A stretch of 64,000 nt of DNA from Fimbriosthenelais zetlandica (lineage: Eukaryota). Positions 41,838-55,516 of the stretch are shown here, piece by piece; the first letter of the stretch is position 1, and each line of letters opens with the position of its first letter. Location of the stretch: contig OZ365112.1 of assembly GCA_977030845.1 (NCBI GenBank), positions 17,918,001 to 17,982,000 on the forward strand. Reading direction: 5' to 3'. The notes beneath the pieces are model-generated. The model ran no database searches. It was not told where the DNA came from and was given only the letters and a program-made list of their open reading frames with translations. Both the position numbers and the translations under genes were made by a program.

Positions 41838-41881
41838 TGCCACCACTGCTGCTGCCACCACCACCACTGCCACCACCACCA
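41838..41881. repeat. CCA/CTG trinucleotide low-complexity tract
   Basis: caccactgctgctgccaccaccaccactgccaccaccacc is visible directly. Confidence 0.75.
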
Positions 41882-44800
41882 GCCTGCATGAGAGACAGAG
41901 AGATGACTGCAGGAGCAGATGTGTGATGCTTCACTCCATCATCTAGTCATCATCCAGTCCCATCTTTCAATTCCCGTCCTCAGCAGGGTGCACTCTTGTC
42001 TTGCTGCACACCATTCCTTCTCCATCCTCACCACCACCAAGTCAGCAACAAGCCAGCCCCTCCTCCTAATCCCATCCCCGAGGTGCTACCAATATGTCCT
42101 CAACAAACATCTACCTGTATCAAAAATATTTCAACGAAGTCATGTATGGTCCAGCCTATTGAGATTGATGGTCAGGTGAAACAGCAGAACACGAAGTTGT
42201 CCATCAGCAAGTGTAGCAATGCCTGTAGCAATTCTGTAGGCCCTACCAGAGACTTCTCCCGCCATAGCCTCTGCAGTGACACTGTGTTGCAGAGGGACTC
42301 CCTCATACCCGTGAGCACTTCACGTGAGCACCTAACTCAGGTAGAAAGGCAGGGAGAGCAGCTCTTGCTCCTTCTGCCTCCGCCCAGACCTAGCATCTCC
42401 CCACATCCATGCACAGCGTTCATTCGAATGGTTTGCATGGGCTATCAGCTTTAATGTTAGCGCTATCCTCTGGCTGGAGGCCTATATGCTTGCCAGTCCT
42501 GAAATCTATCCGAACGAATTGTCAGTTGGATATAATATCCTATAAGATTCTTAGACTTAATCAAGTATAGTAGATTAATTACTCTGTTATGCTTGACTTA
42601 ATGTTCCTGTATTGACTTCTTGTCATTTTCCTTGGTTTAAAGCTGTATTCGACCCTATCTTGATCACGGAGTCACGGAATTGTTCAATATATCTTCTATG
42701 TACTCTATATAAAATACTTTAATGGACCTCACAGGTTCAATATGACAGTGGTTGATTTCAATAGTGAAAGTCATTTTATTTTCATCGTTTCCAATAAGGA
42801 AGTGGCGCCAGGCTGGCATTGTGCTTTGAGTTGTTTGAGTCACTGGTACCAAAATGGCTGCTTTCTATTCTTACCATTGTCTGAAGCTGACAGTTTCCTG
42901 AACAATAAGGAAAGTGGAAAATCAGGATCTTTTCACTAGTCTTTTATTTAACAAATTCAACGTATAACTGTCCAGATGACCACATTGGCCAAAGTCCTCT
43001 TGAAACGAAAGATCATCAGAAAACTACGTGTATAGGTCTATAGAGTACTGATGGCCAGAGGCTGTCTTGGCGTATAGTGTGAATAAGAAGCAACATATGA
43101 GTTGAGCCTTTTCCCTGTCGTTCATGTAATAAATGACTGAGGGGGATGATATCTAATGAGGAAATAGGTCAGAAGGCGCATTAATTAATAGTAGCCTGTT
43201 AAGGGGAAGAAGTGGAATGAATTTTGCTTCAGCGCTAACCCTACCCTATGAAAATTTAATCAGAGGAATGGCGAGGAAAATGAATCATGCGGGGGACCCA
43301 CTGGAATTATTGACAAATATAATTAATTGCCTTTTCATCAAGTTTGTATTGGCATGTGCTGGGGTTTCTACTGATGTTCTTTCTCCTAGATGTTCTTTCT
43401 GCTTGAGTCTGGCTGGGTCCAGTCAATAATTTTCTAGGAAATTGTCAGCACTGAGAGGGACATTATATATAGTGGCCATGGCCTGGACCCCCTGGTCAAC
43501 TAGTAGTATTGGCTGGGGGACAGGCGGACGGTGACTGAGACACCTACTGCCATTGGCAGTAAAACCTGATGAAAAGAACCAATTACAAAGCTAATCGGAC
43601 AGCTGGGTGGCTGAACCAGTCTGGATCCTTTCTAATATTGCTAATTAGAAAGAAACATTTTCCATTTCCAAGGCTGGTTGTCTGTAGGTTTGGACGTGGT
43701 GGGTGGGCGTTCTCAGGAGAATATTGATCCCGGAAGGAGGTAATTGAATCAGGATTCATGCGCATGCGCAGAGGCAGAGAAGGAGGAATGGTGAAAAGAT
43801 AACATGCCTTCATTGAGATTGGCTTTCTCCTGGCCTGTTGCACTAATGGCAGGCCACTGAGGTTATTTGGTCATAAGGAAATGGAATAAAACGGGCTGTC
43901 CCAAAATCTTTTATATTCATGGCCGGAATCGAGCTCTCAAGGTGGCACAGTCACACCCCAGATTTCCGAGGCCGGCCTACAAATTATATCCATTGAAAGA
44001 GCAATCCGCCGGGCAATTTATCATGGGCATTATGTCAATAGCCCAATATATAGCAGCTTAACCGAAATTATCCATCTGTTGGACTTTTTCCTTAGGCCAG
44101 ACGCTCCCTAGTCAGAGGGACAGGGCATGTTGTATATATTCTCTTAGGACCCCTAATATGGATTGGAAAACTATTGCTCGTATTGACATTTTTCTGTTCA
44201 ATGCCATAATTTATCGGTTATGCCAACCATACAAATCTAATTTCTATTGACCCAATGAGGTACTTCCGGCTGGCATCTTGATCCTGGACAAACGATGTGC
44301 CCTGCTTATAATCATGCATGTCCCTGCAATCCCAACTACTATGAACATCTGCGAACCTTATCCAGTGACACAGGAGCCGGCTTCACCAACCATGAGGGAT
44401 CCTTGTTGCAAATTGGCCAGTATTATCATGGGAGAAATGCCCACACTGCCTAATTGTAAACTCATTCCCTTGAGGGTGAAGGCCTTAGTACCGCATCAAA
44501 TACAATCCCATCAGCTCGCCCTTCCTAGACAGCCTGCCCGCCCGCTCTGATCCTATATGGATTTATCACTGGGTTCAGCCTCCTGGGCCTCTCTTTCTGA
44601 AGACCTCTGGCCTATACCCACTCCCATTTTATGGTCCGGAAAACACATTCCCATTACACAGTACTTCATGACCATATTCTATATTCCCCAGTAATGGCTA
44701 AAAATTTCCATTACTTGCTGCGCCTTGTGCAAGACTAGAGCGTTTGACTTTCACACTGGACCTGTCTGCCCTTGAAGTGTATCTTCTTAACATGGTCTGT

Positions 44801-47588
44801 TGGCCCCAGGCTATACTGCTGCTATTGTAACAGGCGAGCGTTTTAATCATAGACCTGTGTTTAACCGGAGAGCTCTGGTAGAGCGTGGCTGTTGGAGTGT
44901 TAAATGCTTGGCCACAGCTTCTGATTACAAGTCTCGGGCTTTAACGAGAGTACACGTGACCTGCATTGATTGCCCCCTGCTGAATGTTGCTCAAAATGAA
45001 GAGTAAACCTGCCTGCCAGGAGCTGGGGTCATCCACGTTTGGATCAATCCCAATTTTCTGGAGCAAGCTATAGCTCAACTGCTGCTGAATCAAAGAGACG
45101 TTCACTGGTTATTGAGTGGTTATCAAAAGAACATAATTGATATTCATTTTCTCTGGCTTTTTTCCATCAAGAAATCTATACTATAGTTACCCTTCCCTTG
45201 ATCACAATATCATCACAATGTCTCCGAGGAGTAACAATTGTACTTCAGGACGGTTATTTGATTTCATGATAGTGGCCACTTAAAATGCAACACTAATATA
45301 ATTAATCTTATATCTTATGTTTGACTATATTCTCTTTGAATATAATCTCTCTTTGCTGATTACTCTTGGTGGGGTGTGTTAGAAAGACGGTTTGTCAAAA
45401 AGGACTATGAAAAGAAGAATAAAACGTGCCTAATGGAATAGGGGAAATAGGATATGGAAGCACTGAATGGATCAAAAGATCCTTAGAGTATTATTCTATA
45501 TCGAATATCGATCCAACTTTTTCGGTAATATTACAAAAGCCCATGAAAAAAGTATAATAGAGTCAGATGCAAGTCCGTGACATTTAAAAAGGTTATTGGC
45601 TAAATAATGGTACCCTGCAAGACTGGAGATAAGGCATATAGCCCTGGTGGGGATTCTCTTAATCAAAATTAAACATCATATGGGGGTTTTCTTGGACTAA
45701 AACTACTCCATTGGTTATAAGATATATCTAATATGTTTAAGTGTTTGGGCGTGTTCACACCTAGCAATTAAAGAACTAGTCCTTTAAAACGTGTACTGTT
45801 CCCCATTGAACTTGCAGGAGGCTCTGGCTACGCTTATATGCTCCTTTGGAATTGATCAGTCACATAGCAGGCTGAATGGGGGTGTGTGAATAGTAGGGAG
45901 TTTTTGTGTGTGTCAGCAGATGGTTAATTAGACACAGACTTGGTCGGTGGTTGGACGGCTGTCAACATTCCCACGTCAACCGTTCACTTTAGACAACATC
46001 ATTAGTCTACTGGTAGAACAGCCACAAACTTTCGAGTCTCCGAGTGACTCAATGAACTTTATATAGATGTTACGGAATGTGGTTTTTTTTTAAAAGATCA
46101 ATTACTTTGTTCCAATAAAACCATGTCCTTCTCTACACTCTAAATGCACCTCTAAACAGGCGTAGAATACATCGCTTCACATAATAATTATAGAAGGAAG
46201 GTTAGCGATGATGACTTTCTGTTTAGTCCTCTGCAGCTTTATCTGAGCATTGAGCAGGAGGAGTTGAGCTGGTGCCATCTGGGGCAGAGTTTCATAAGCT
46301 CACTGTGGCTCCTCCGGCTGAAGGTTTCCTTCTTTTTCCATCACACTACTGGAGCCACTGTCGGCATGTATTTCACAAATACTAGTATTTTGTCATTCCC
46401 TGAATAATATAAGCACCAAAACATAGTTGCTGGATGAAACATAGTTGCTAAGTTGAGTTTAAAAGTAAACCCTCAACTGAAATCAACCAAAGTTTGCTCC
46501 TAAGGCATGATCATGCCATTTCAATTTGACCGTTGTTACCTATTTGGGGGGAACGATTTTCAATCGTTCCAGAATTAAAAACATTTAAGATTAAGACAAA
46601 TTCATCAATTGACACTTTTTTATTTCTATAAATAATCCTAATCCTAAGTGCTGGATCGGTAAGGACAAAGGAAATTGTCTACAATGCAGCCAGACTTCCC
46701 ACCTGAGGTGACGTTAGTAAGGTCACCTCTCAGCCACCCACATATATGTGTGTTCAAAATGTTAAATAAGCAAGAATAGGGTGTAAGACCAGTCTGGTGG
46801 AAAAAGGTCAATATAGGGACTGGATTACGGGACATTTAACTTAAATATGGGGGTAGAAACAAGGGCGAAGCAAGAGGTAGGCCACGTCCATGGTGCCAAG
46901 GGTTATGAGCTAAACGTGCACATTATATTTCAGTACTCGTTGAATTAAGTAATATTTAAAGTCGAGCCAAAACTGATATTCATGGGTGTTAAAAGCATAT
47001 CAATAAAGTAGCGATATGTTACCTACTTCACTCTGGAAACCCCGTCGATCATAAACAAGTTTATAACAGTTATCCTTAGCAGTTTTCGCTACATGGAAAA
47101 TGATAGGCCTACATGTTCTGTTAGCGCATGTCCACAACTCCTGTGATAACTAGTTTACTCCCTCCCAACTCGAGCTGAAAACCTATGAGGAAAAAAAAGG
47201 AAGAAATGATATGGGTCAATTAGAGGTCCCAGACCAATTACACAGATGCCTATCTTAGCTCTGTATAAGAAAATTACCCCTCGACAGAACCATTACAAGG
47301 TTTGGTAAGAACCCGACAAAATGATAGTGTAATATGGTGAAGCGGTTGGTTTCTTCAGGTGACCAGGCCGGGAGACCAAGCATGGGGCCAGTTGAATCCA
47401 CGTGTTCTTGACATTTTTAATATCGCTCACCCCAGGGTGCCCCCAGCCTTTAGTGGGGGCCAAGTGTTTGTGTGGAATAAGTTGTTCATGTGCAGGCTAT
47501 GGTTGTCCGTCGGTACCGTTACAACGGCCAACAGGTGGGAAAACAAGGGGACCAGCCTGTAGGTGACATGGGCCAGAGGAGCCACTGG

Positions 47589-47596
47589 TATATAAA
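47589..47596 (+). promoter_or_regulatory. TATA box of the NPF gene
   Basis: TATATAAA about 80 nt upstream of the donor GAG|gtaggt at 47677/8, which closes a non-coding first exon. Confidence 0.75.
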
Positions 47597-47619
47597 GCCT
47601 TTGCCCTGTTCAAAGTCTA

Positions 47620-47677
47620 TCTCTTTAAGTGCTTAAACTCGGGACGATTTGGATCTACTTCCATACTAGACCCAGAG
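47620..47677 (+). other. NPF: Non-coding first exon of NPF (start approximate)
   Basis: Placed about 25-30 nt after the TATA box; ends at cccagag|gtaggt. The next acceptor, tatttag|, sits immediately before the ATG at 48294. Confidence 0.65.
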
Positions 47678-48293
47678 GTAGGTTTCTCTTTTCTTTATCT
47701 TTATCATATATTTTTAGCAATAGTCTTTGTTGAAAGAAACTTCAGTGCCTAAAAACATTGTAAAGTAGATATTTTTCGTCTTTATAAGTCTCAAAACTAT
47801 TGTCATTTCATTTCTTTTTATATCAAATTTCTTAATAGTTACTTAATGAATACTTACTGTTTTAATGAAATGTACTGCTCCAGTCGGCCTTATGTATAAT
47901 GATGGGTGCACGATATTATTACTTTTTTTAAACATAAATTCGTTAATAACTTAAAATTATAGTCTAATTAACCATATGCATCAGAAGTCACGGGAAAACT
48001 GTTAAATTCTTGTAAAATACATCCTGAATAAATATCCCTCCTATAGCGGCCGCACCTCCAATACCATGGGGTCGGACGTCATTGTGGTCAAAATTTGCCG
48101 GAATGGACATGTTTAAAATGTAAAAAAATCCACGTGTATCCTATATAGTACCTCCGAAGTTGTTAGACATGATAACGTTCAGTTTTGCTTGTACCGCAGA
48201 GGGATATTAATTGAGAGAGTCTACTGCATATTATCAACTACAGCCAAGAACAAAAATATTTTATACTAAAATTCTTTGTTTTGCTGTATTTAG

Positions 48294-48955
48294 ATGGATC
48301 GTGTTTCCATGGTGAGGTTACTGGCATTAATCGCGACAGCATTATTTTTAATGGCCAGCTTAGTAGAAGGTGAAGATATGAATGGACCACCTTCACGTCC
48401 TGGAATGTTCCGGAATCCTCAAGAGCTCCGAGATTATCTAAAAGCACTCAATGAATACTTTGCCATTGTCGGCAGACCGAGGTAAGGACTCCTTAATTGT
48501 TTTTATTTTGAGAGATGTGCCTTATGTCTCAGAATATTTTGTGAATTTTAAACTCAATGAAATTGGATGAAAAAGCTATGGACGATCTGCAGTCCTAACC
48601 TCAGTTCATACATTGGATGGACAACCCATAAAGCAGTCTCGACTCTAATTCATGCAGTCCACTGGAAACAACCCCGCGGGGCGAAATAGTCCCCATATAA
48701 CTGCGCGCTCAAAACAACATGGAGGCTGACGCTTGTAATTCCGGGACTTGTTTTTCACCATACGGGATAAATACATTCATGCGCGTGTATGAAGTTATGT
48801 TTTCTGCTTCTGAAACCAGTTTAATTAATCATTTTCGCAGGTTTGGCCGGAGTGTTGCAAAGCGTTCCATTTCAACTTTGAGGCGGAACTTGGGATATCC
48901 ATCCTTCAGTGATTTAGATATCGATGGTGTGTACGACATAATCTTGCCTTTCTAA
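48294..48955 (+). CDS. NPF: Neuropeptide F (NPY-family) precursor, 100 aa; exons 48294-48481 and 48841-48955
   Basis: 26-aa signal peptide, then EDMNGPPSRPGMFRNPQELRDYLKALNEYFAIVGRPR|F-G-R. Shows the PP-fold pattern PxRP...L..YL..LNEY, the RPRF-amide end, and the phase-2 intron in the penultimate Arg codon that is conserved in NPY/NPF genes. Confidence 0.95.
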
Positions 48956-49050
48956 AAATGCATTCTTCTGATATTAGGCCTAATTATATCACCATTAAAA
49001 AGGTTTTAATTGTAGTTACGTCACTGGCATATAAGTTCACTATGTCTAAG

Positions 49051-49056
49051 AATAAA
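49051..49056 (+). terminator. Candidate polyadenylation signal for NPF
   Basis: AATAAA 95 nt after the stop codon. Confidence 0.5.
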
Positions 49057-50199
49057 ATAGTTTAAATTGATCAAAATGTCTAGGTCTATATTGACACAAT
49101 GACTGTTTTCAATCAGTATAGGTGATGGTCGAGTATCACAGTTGGAGCTAGAGTACGCCCTGAACTACTCCATATAACGCATAGACGCCAGGACGCCACA
49201 CTGAGGACGAGTCGTACACTGTCGGCAGCCGTCCTCACTGTTTTCTATACCACGCTCCTACCACGTTTTCTTGGTGGCCTGCTATCTTAGAACTGGTCGT
49301 CTCTGGTCCATCTTATAAATGAACTATACTGTAAAACCATGATCTAAACTGTATTGTGTTATTGCTATCGTTACAAATTCAAAATCCTCACATGAATTCG
49401 TATTCTGTCTTTTCGTATTGTTATCTGAATTGTTTCTATATCAGATCTATCTGGTTAGAATCCCTAAGAAAATGTCCTAGACATACCTGTGAAGGATTCT
49501 CCTGGCGAGAGGTTACATTCATCTATAGCCTACCTGTATGTATTTTTATGTTAAATGAGGCCTCAATAAAACAATAGTCCACTTTATTATTTAGGACTTG
49601 GTTTGTAACTCTAACTGATTGTCAACCTGTTTAGTTCTCTTGGATGCATTTTACCTTATGTATAGAATACAAGTGTGCTATATCTTTTTCTTGGTTGAGG
49701 TTCTCTTTATTAGGAATAAGGACATCATTGTTAGATGTGCATATACACGTCAATTGGCAGGACATCACGGGAATATTGAAGACAATGTATAGCCTAAATA
49801 TATGATTATACTCTCTGACGCTTTATTGACAAGTAACTTACTCTAACACTGGTAAATATCAAACTGTCTTGGAGACAGCAATGTGTTGCTAGAGGCCTGG
49901 CCAATGGTGCCACCTCATGTTCAACTGCTGGGTTAACGCTGGTTTACCTCTGCCTTCCACTCCTGCCGGTACTGGCACCTTGCGTTGAGCAATGACATCT
50001 GTGAAAGCCTATTCTAAAGGGCCATGTACTGAATACATTCTTTAATAGAAATAACCTACTCTATATTATTGATATGATAGCCTAGTAAGTATTATGTGTT
50101 GGGGTGCCCATCAGCTTTGGGCAAATAACTATTGCGACTGAATTTTTAAAAGGCTTTCCCCAAATTTAAAATTGCTGAATATTCGGCTACGTTGGATTT

Positions 50200-52050
50200 A
50201 GGACTCCCCAGTGGAGGATCGAATAACAGTCTGCTTTATGGCAATATAGGACTATCTAGGTTTGCAGGTTTTGAGTGACCCAGACACAAACGTAACTTAC
50301 TAAGGGCCACTGCATCCTGACTACCCTCATGGAAATCATATATATCGTCCTTTGAATCAATCCGAATTGACATATGATCCCGTAGTTCCTTTACAATATT
50401 GTTCATAATGTTTGAAAGTCGACTATTTTTTCAGGAAATTGAAGTTTTAAAAAGTGTGAGAATCCTGATTGGAGCAATTTCCAGTTCCTGGAGATTGCAT
50501 CCATAAACTATGGCTCAAAGGATGCCTAAAGATTTGGCATCTTTTTTTATCCTACTTTTTTCATTGCACTTCACACAAAACCTGTGGTGGACAAAACCCA
50601 ATGTGCTGATGAAATAAATTACAGGTATGCGTTTTTTGTCTTTTAGTCCTAATTGATTAATGTTCAAACCCTTTCTCATCCAAAGATATCTATCATCAAA
50701 GCAAGCTTTGATCCAACACATTATTGACAGTGATCTTAGAAATCGTTTCAAAAATGAAATCCCGTGCGCCTGTTCGGATATAAAAACAAATTGACTCCGA
50801 ATGTTGAGAGAATCAGCCTGGAATGCTCATGAATCTCTTAGCAGAAATTCTTGCAATTCTTTCAATGTCACCATGCAGGACACAGGATGCATCTAGCCGC
50901 CTGCTGCTATAGAATATAGTCCCTCCAAAGTTCTACATGTGTACCTCCTATCTAATATTTCTCTATAGAGGTTCATCAATCCATGCATTTTGATCAAATA
51001 CTTACCGCTAAATACCTGTATTCTATGGATATGTTTCAGCACAAAATATGCCATATTATTTACATACAATTATGTCACCTGGGAATCGTAATCCCCTACT
51101 AAAGACTACGTGAATATAGTTTGCACTAATGTGATAAGTAATAAAGGAGAACATATAAGATATTAAATGTGCGACATTTCAGTGGCTTATAACTTAGCAC
51201 ATTTAGATACTACCTCAAGGTTGCATCTTTGCGACTTGCTAACAACAGGGGAATCTTTTTATTATTCATACTTCCTATAATTCAAATGAAGTTAAGGAGT
51301 ATGCCTATTGTTACTTATTCCTTGTATGCAAAAATGTTTGGTTTATTATAAATGATTTGTCTTATCAACGCTTTTCTGCTAAAAAGAAATGGAGAATTGA
51401 TGCAGAAGCCAATAGAAAAACGTTAGGCGAAGTAACGTGCTTATGAGTGACTTGTGACTCTCTGCAGGTTTGGATCCTTTTATAGGAGAGAATTTCATTC
51501 TCTCCACAGAGGATTAAACGACTGGGGAGCTCTGAACTTCTCCCCACCTACGGATTAAAACCAGTTTGCTAGCTGTTCTTTGGGTCACATTCTGTGACGA
51601 TTCTAAGGAAGAACCAAGCTTCCTTTGTGTTGTATATTAGGGAGTGACAATAGATCATATAGTCTGGCTTTTAACCTAGCCTTTCATGTAATAAAGTCAC
51701 TTCTTTAGATTTAATAGGTATTCTAGGCAAATCCATAAGGGAGTCGAAACCGTCTTATGTGTTCATAATAATGTTGAATACTCTGTTAATAATGTAGAAT
51801 ACTCTGTTTTGTTCAGCTAGAGTGTGGGTAGACAGAATTCAGACATGATCCATCAGTTACCTGAGTTAAACAATCATGTTCTTTTTTAGGACACTTTTTG
51901 TACAAAAGCCTCCAAAATTTTGTATAAAAGCCTCCAAGAACAGAGCTTGTATTTGGCACAGTACCGGGTAATCTGTTCACTTTTTGTGGCCTTTGCATTA
52001 AGCACTATTCATGGGTTTTGGCGGAATGGTGATGTGTTGTTAAAAAAAAC
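50200..52050 (-). mobile_element. Possible decayed L1/Tx1-like LINE ORF2 relic (APE then RT)
   Basis: Fragments EHDCLTQVT, KEVTLLHER..PDYMIY and GFVHHRFC..KDAKSLG occur in the order and rough spacing of L1 endonuclease and RT motifs; many stops and frameshifts. Confidence 0.3.
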
Positions 52051-55000
52051 TGAGAAAAAATGTGTCGCGTTTTCTGATAAATTTGTTTTTATTGGGATTA
52101 GAATGCTATGAATGCCAGTTTCAGATGATCCTAATGAAGAAGTCAAACACATTTTACACATAATTATAGATGTTCTTACGCCATATAAATGAATAGGTCT
52201 TAGTTTTCAGTGCGAGTCCTTCTTATCATTTGATATATAAAGCATTTTTTTTTAAATATCACTGAAGGTAGGAACCCTCTTGACTAGACTAATTTTTGTC
52301 AGCCCTTTACATTGACGATGGAAGTCATGGGTAATGATCATAAGTAAAGGTACCCGACTTAACTTTTACAGACAGACTTGCATCATTTTCTTTCTATCCC
52401 AGCGAAAACTTCATTAGCTCAATCGCTTTCGGATTTTGACCCAAGTTTAGTAGGTACAGCAGTAAGAACCAAGGTTTAGGCTGCTTTATAGAAGGAATGA
52501 AGAAGAAAAACAGAGAGGAACATCATTAGTGGTGTGCAGTTCCTACAGAGTGGCGATCATATACTGTGCAATTTTTCCGAAATCTGTTTTAAAAAACACC
52601 CGCTCACATGTATAATGGTTCTGCCATAAACTCCGAAATAGGTTTTGTTTTCGACAGTCATTATTTTGCGTTTCTGGGTGTTTCTTATTCCCCCATGTGT
52701 TTGTTCGGTACCTTCTGTATACAAGGACAAGTGCTGATTCATTCGTAAATATTTTCTGGCAATAGATCATCTCAGACCAAATGGCCCATGAAAGCAGGAG
52801 GCGTGTTCAATTCCTTAACAATAACCGGATCAGGCATGCTAGCTATGCTGAAGGAGAAGATGATAGTTTTTGTCATGTATTCAGTCAAGGCCATCGTCGG
52901 GATGGCTCGCCAGTAGTTATCAACAGAAGTGTGTGGGAGAAGCCAAGTGGAATCAGTGGGAAAAGTGTCCCTATAGCTTCAATCAGTGTGAAATAATGAC
53001 TGTCATATTGATTTGCTGAAGCCAGCCTAGAATATTATAATATATTTCAGGGGATAAATATGATATCTGTAGACCAGGGGCTTGTTTGCAGCTTGCTATA
53101 TATTAGCCAATGATCAGTCAATGGTTGATTTTTTAACAAGCCCCCCTGTATTCTTTCCTGTTGTTGTACCTATACCCCATTCAATAAAGATACTGTTTGA
53201 CCTTTAACCCAAGTTTTCCGGATGGTCAAAAGTCAGTGGGCAGATCCAGGCAGTTGGTTTCAGATGTCGAGTATGATTGTTTTCAAAATCATCATTGTGA
53301 AAAGTGATCGTGGTAGCGGGTTATGAGGCTTGAAATTCAAGTTTCAGGTGACCATTTTACCATGGACCTCTTTCCCTTTCCCCGAGACTGGCCAAAGTAT
53401 CTGTTTCTCACGCATCCCCAAAAGTCCCAAGGAATCCCTGTTTTTTATGCTCCATTCAAACTTGGCTCAGAATGGCTTTGTTTGGAAACACAGTTGTTAA
53501 AAGAGGAATTATTCCTATTTATGGTTTGGTGGGGTAGGGTTGCTGATCCGTTTGTATAAAGGTCTTCACAAGATATTTATATAACTATAGCCTATTCGCG
53601 AGATATTGAAAATTCACCACAGTTTTTTTAATCATGTTCTTCGTGCATGCTTTGGCATATTAAACTTAGCTCGCATCGCACTTTCATTCTTTTTCACAGA
53701 CACCTTCTACAGCTGCCCTTGTATGTTCAAAGTAAAGGCTTTTTAGGATTATAATCTTCTCCTTTGCGCATTTGGCCATAAGCTCAATCACTAGAACAGC
53801 ATGCAGTTTGATAGAAAAAATTAAATTATAATCTCCACCTTGTGTCTGCATATATATTATAGTTGCGAGTGATTTCCTCCCGTCCTCACAGCATATCCTC
53901 TTATCTGTCATGCATAGGCCTATATTCCCACTTTCTTACCCACTGTATAGACCCAAACCCTTTTTCCAGACCCACAATATTCTTACTGTAGCCTACAACG
54001 TTTATAGAGATATTGTGTTTATGCTAAATGGGAAGCGTCAGAACAATTTCTAGTTCTGCAATATATAGTTTTGCGTCTATTTCAATGGGGATTCTCCTCT
54101 TTCTAAAGTGCTTTCTACAGCCTCTTAATGAAATGTTCTTTTCTTTTTAGGTCCTCACAATCGACGAAGCCGTTTGTTTATTTCGAGTCTAATTGAAGCA
54201 AGTTCTCGTGCCAAGTCACCTTTTAGAGTTCCATTTAACTTTTTTGAGATGTTTGAGATCTCCTCAACTTCTACAACAGACGATGCTGACTGGACAGTGG
54301 TTCTCCGTCAAAAACTCAGCCGAAGGCCATCAAGCTTTGCTGACGGTAAGCTGTTTGTTTCAACTTAAAACTTGCACCATAATTTGCCACTTATCCATGT
54401 GTCTGATTCCTGCATGCCGTATTAAAGTATAGTTAGTATTTAGTATAACTACTTTCCATCCCTGAATCAGTCCACCCCTACCCCAAATGAGTGCGTGTAG
54501 GCCCATTGTTTTACCGAGGATAAGTCATCTACACGGAATGATGGCCTATAAATCAGACGAACTGTCCCTGCTTCTCTTTCTCAAGATAACAGCCTATCCT
54601 GGTGAGCCAGGCCCTGTCTTGGTCAGGGCTGAGGGGCTCGTCTTCTGGATTGAGGATAAACTGGAGAAGGCCTTCATTTGGATGAGGCTTCGGCCTCGGG
54701 ATAACATGTGATGGGAGATGGATGTGAGGGCCTTCACTCAGTATTTCCTCATGATGAATCTCTCAATAATGATAATAGAGCTACGTGACACCTTCTCCTA
54801 AGGGGATAGATTCATGCTTATGAATCATGCTTATCCTTCTTTTTAATGTTCAGTTTTATTTAAATAGTGCTCAGGTTCAAAAAATGAAGGGAAATGCCAA
54901 AAATGCAATTTTACTCTAAATATCACACAATTGGTATTTGTTCTCGGGGAAAATGCAACAAAGAGTCTATTATGGCCATGAGAAAGACCGACAACGAAGA

Positions 55001-55516
55001 TGCCTTTTAGCTCCGACAAATCTGCATGTAGATGTCTTCCAGGTTGGAAATGAAACATGGAGGATGGTCCCAGAAGAGATTAGAGTGAAGTGGAGTGGGT
55101 CTTCAGGGGTGACCAACATGTAGAATAATGACCAGTGAACAAACTAAGGGACGTCTGTGACCTTCAGGACTAATTCACAACCAACAGTCACAGCCTTAAG
55201 CTACCCAATTACTAGCAGTCAATTCATGTACCTTACAATAAGATTGGGGAAATAAGATCTTGCTTTTCATCCGCGAAGCAATCGATTGTAATAATTCTCC
55301 TGTTGCTGCATGGATGCATAGTGTAAAGAAACAGCAATACAGAAATTGCTTGATCGTCAAGTAGGTGGCCATTTCTTGTTAATAGGACAGTTATTGTGAA
55401 AGAGCATAAAATGGCAGATCGGTGTCAAGTTATTGATAATCATTGATCATAACTATGCTTTCTTAAATGTTTATTTGACAAATTTTATTCGTGGAATTTA
55501 CTTTTTGCCAGTTTAC

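Noticed and set aside
43560-44560. DIRS/tyrosine-recombinase relic; a similar idea for 58500-59220
   Set aside because: The HSFR/GRW-type catalytic motifs are not actually present; the resemblance needed several frameshifts.
49201-49250. Hammerhead ribozyme suggested by CTGAGGA; also CTGATGA at 26821
   Set aside because: No GAAA core or stem I-III arrangement follows.
52543-52770. Tc1/mariner transposase fragment (KIFTNES resembling FSDES)
   Set aside because: A single short motif, with no other DDE residues or terminal inverted repeats seen.
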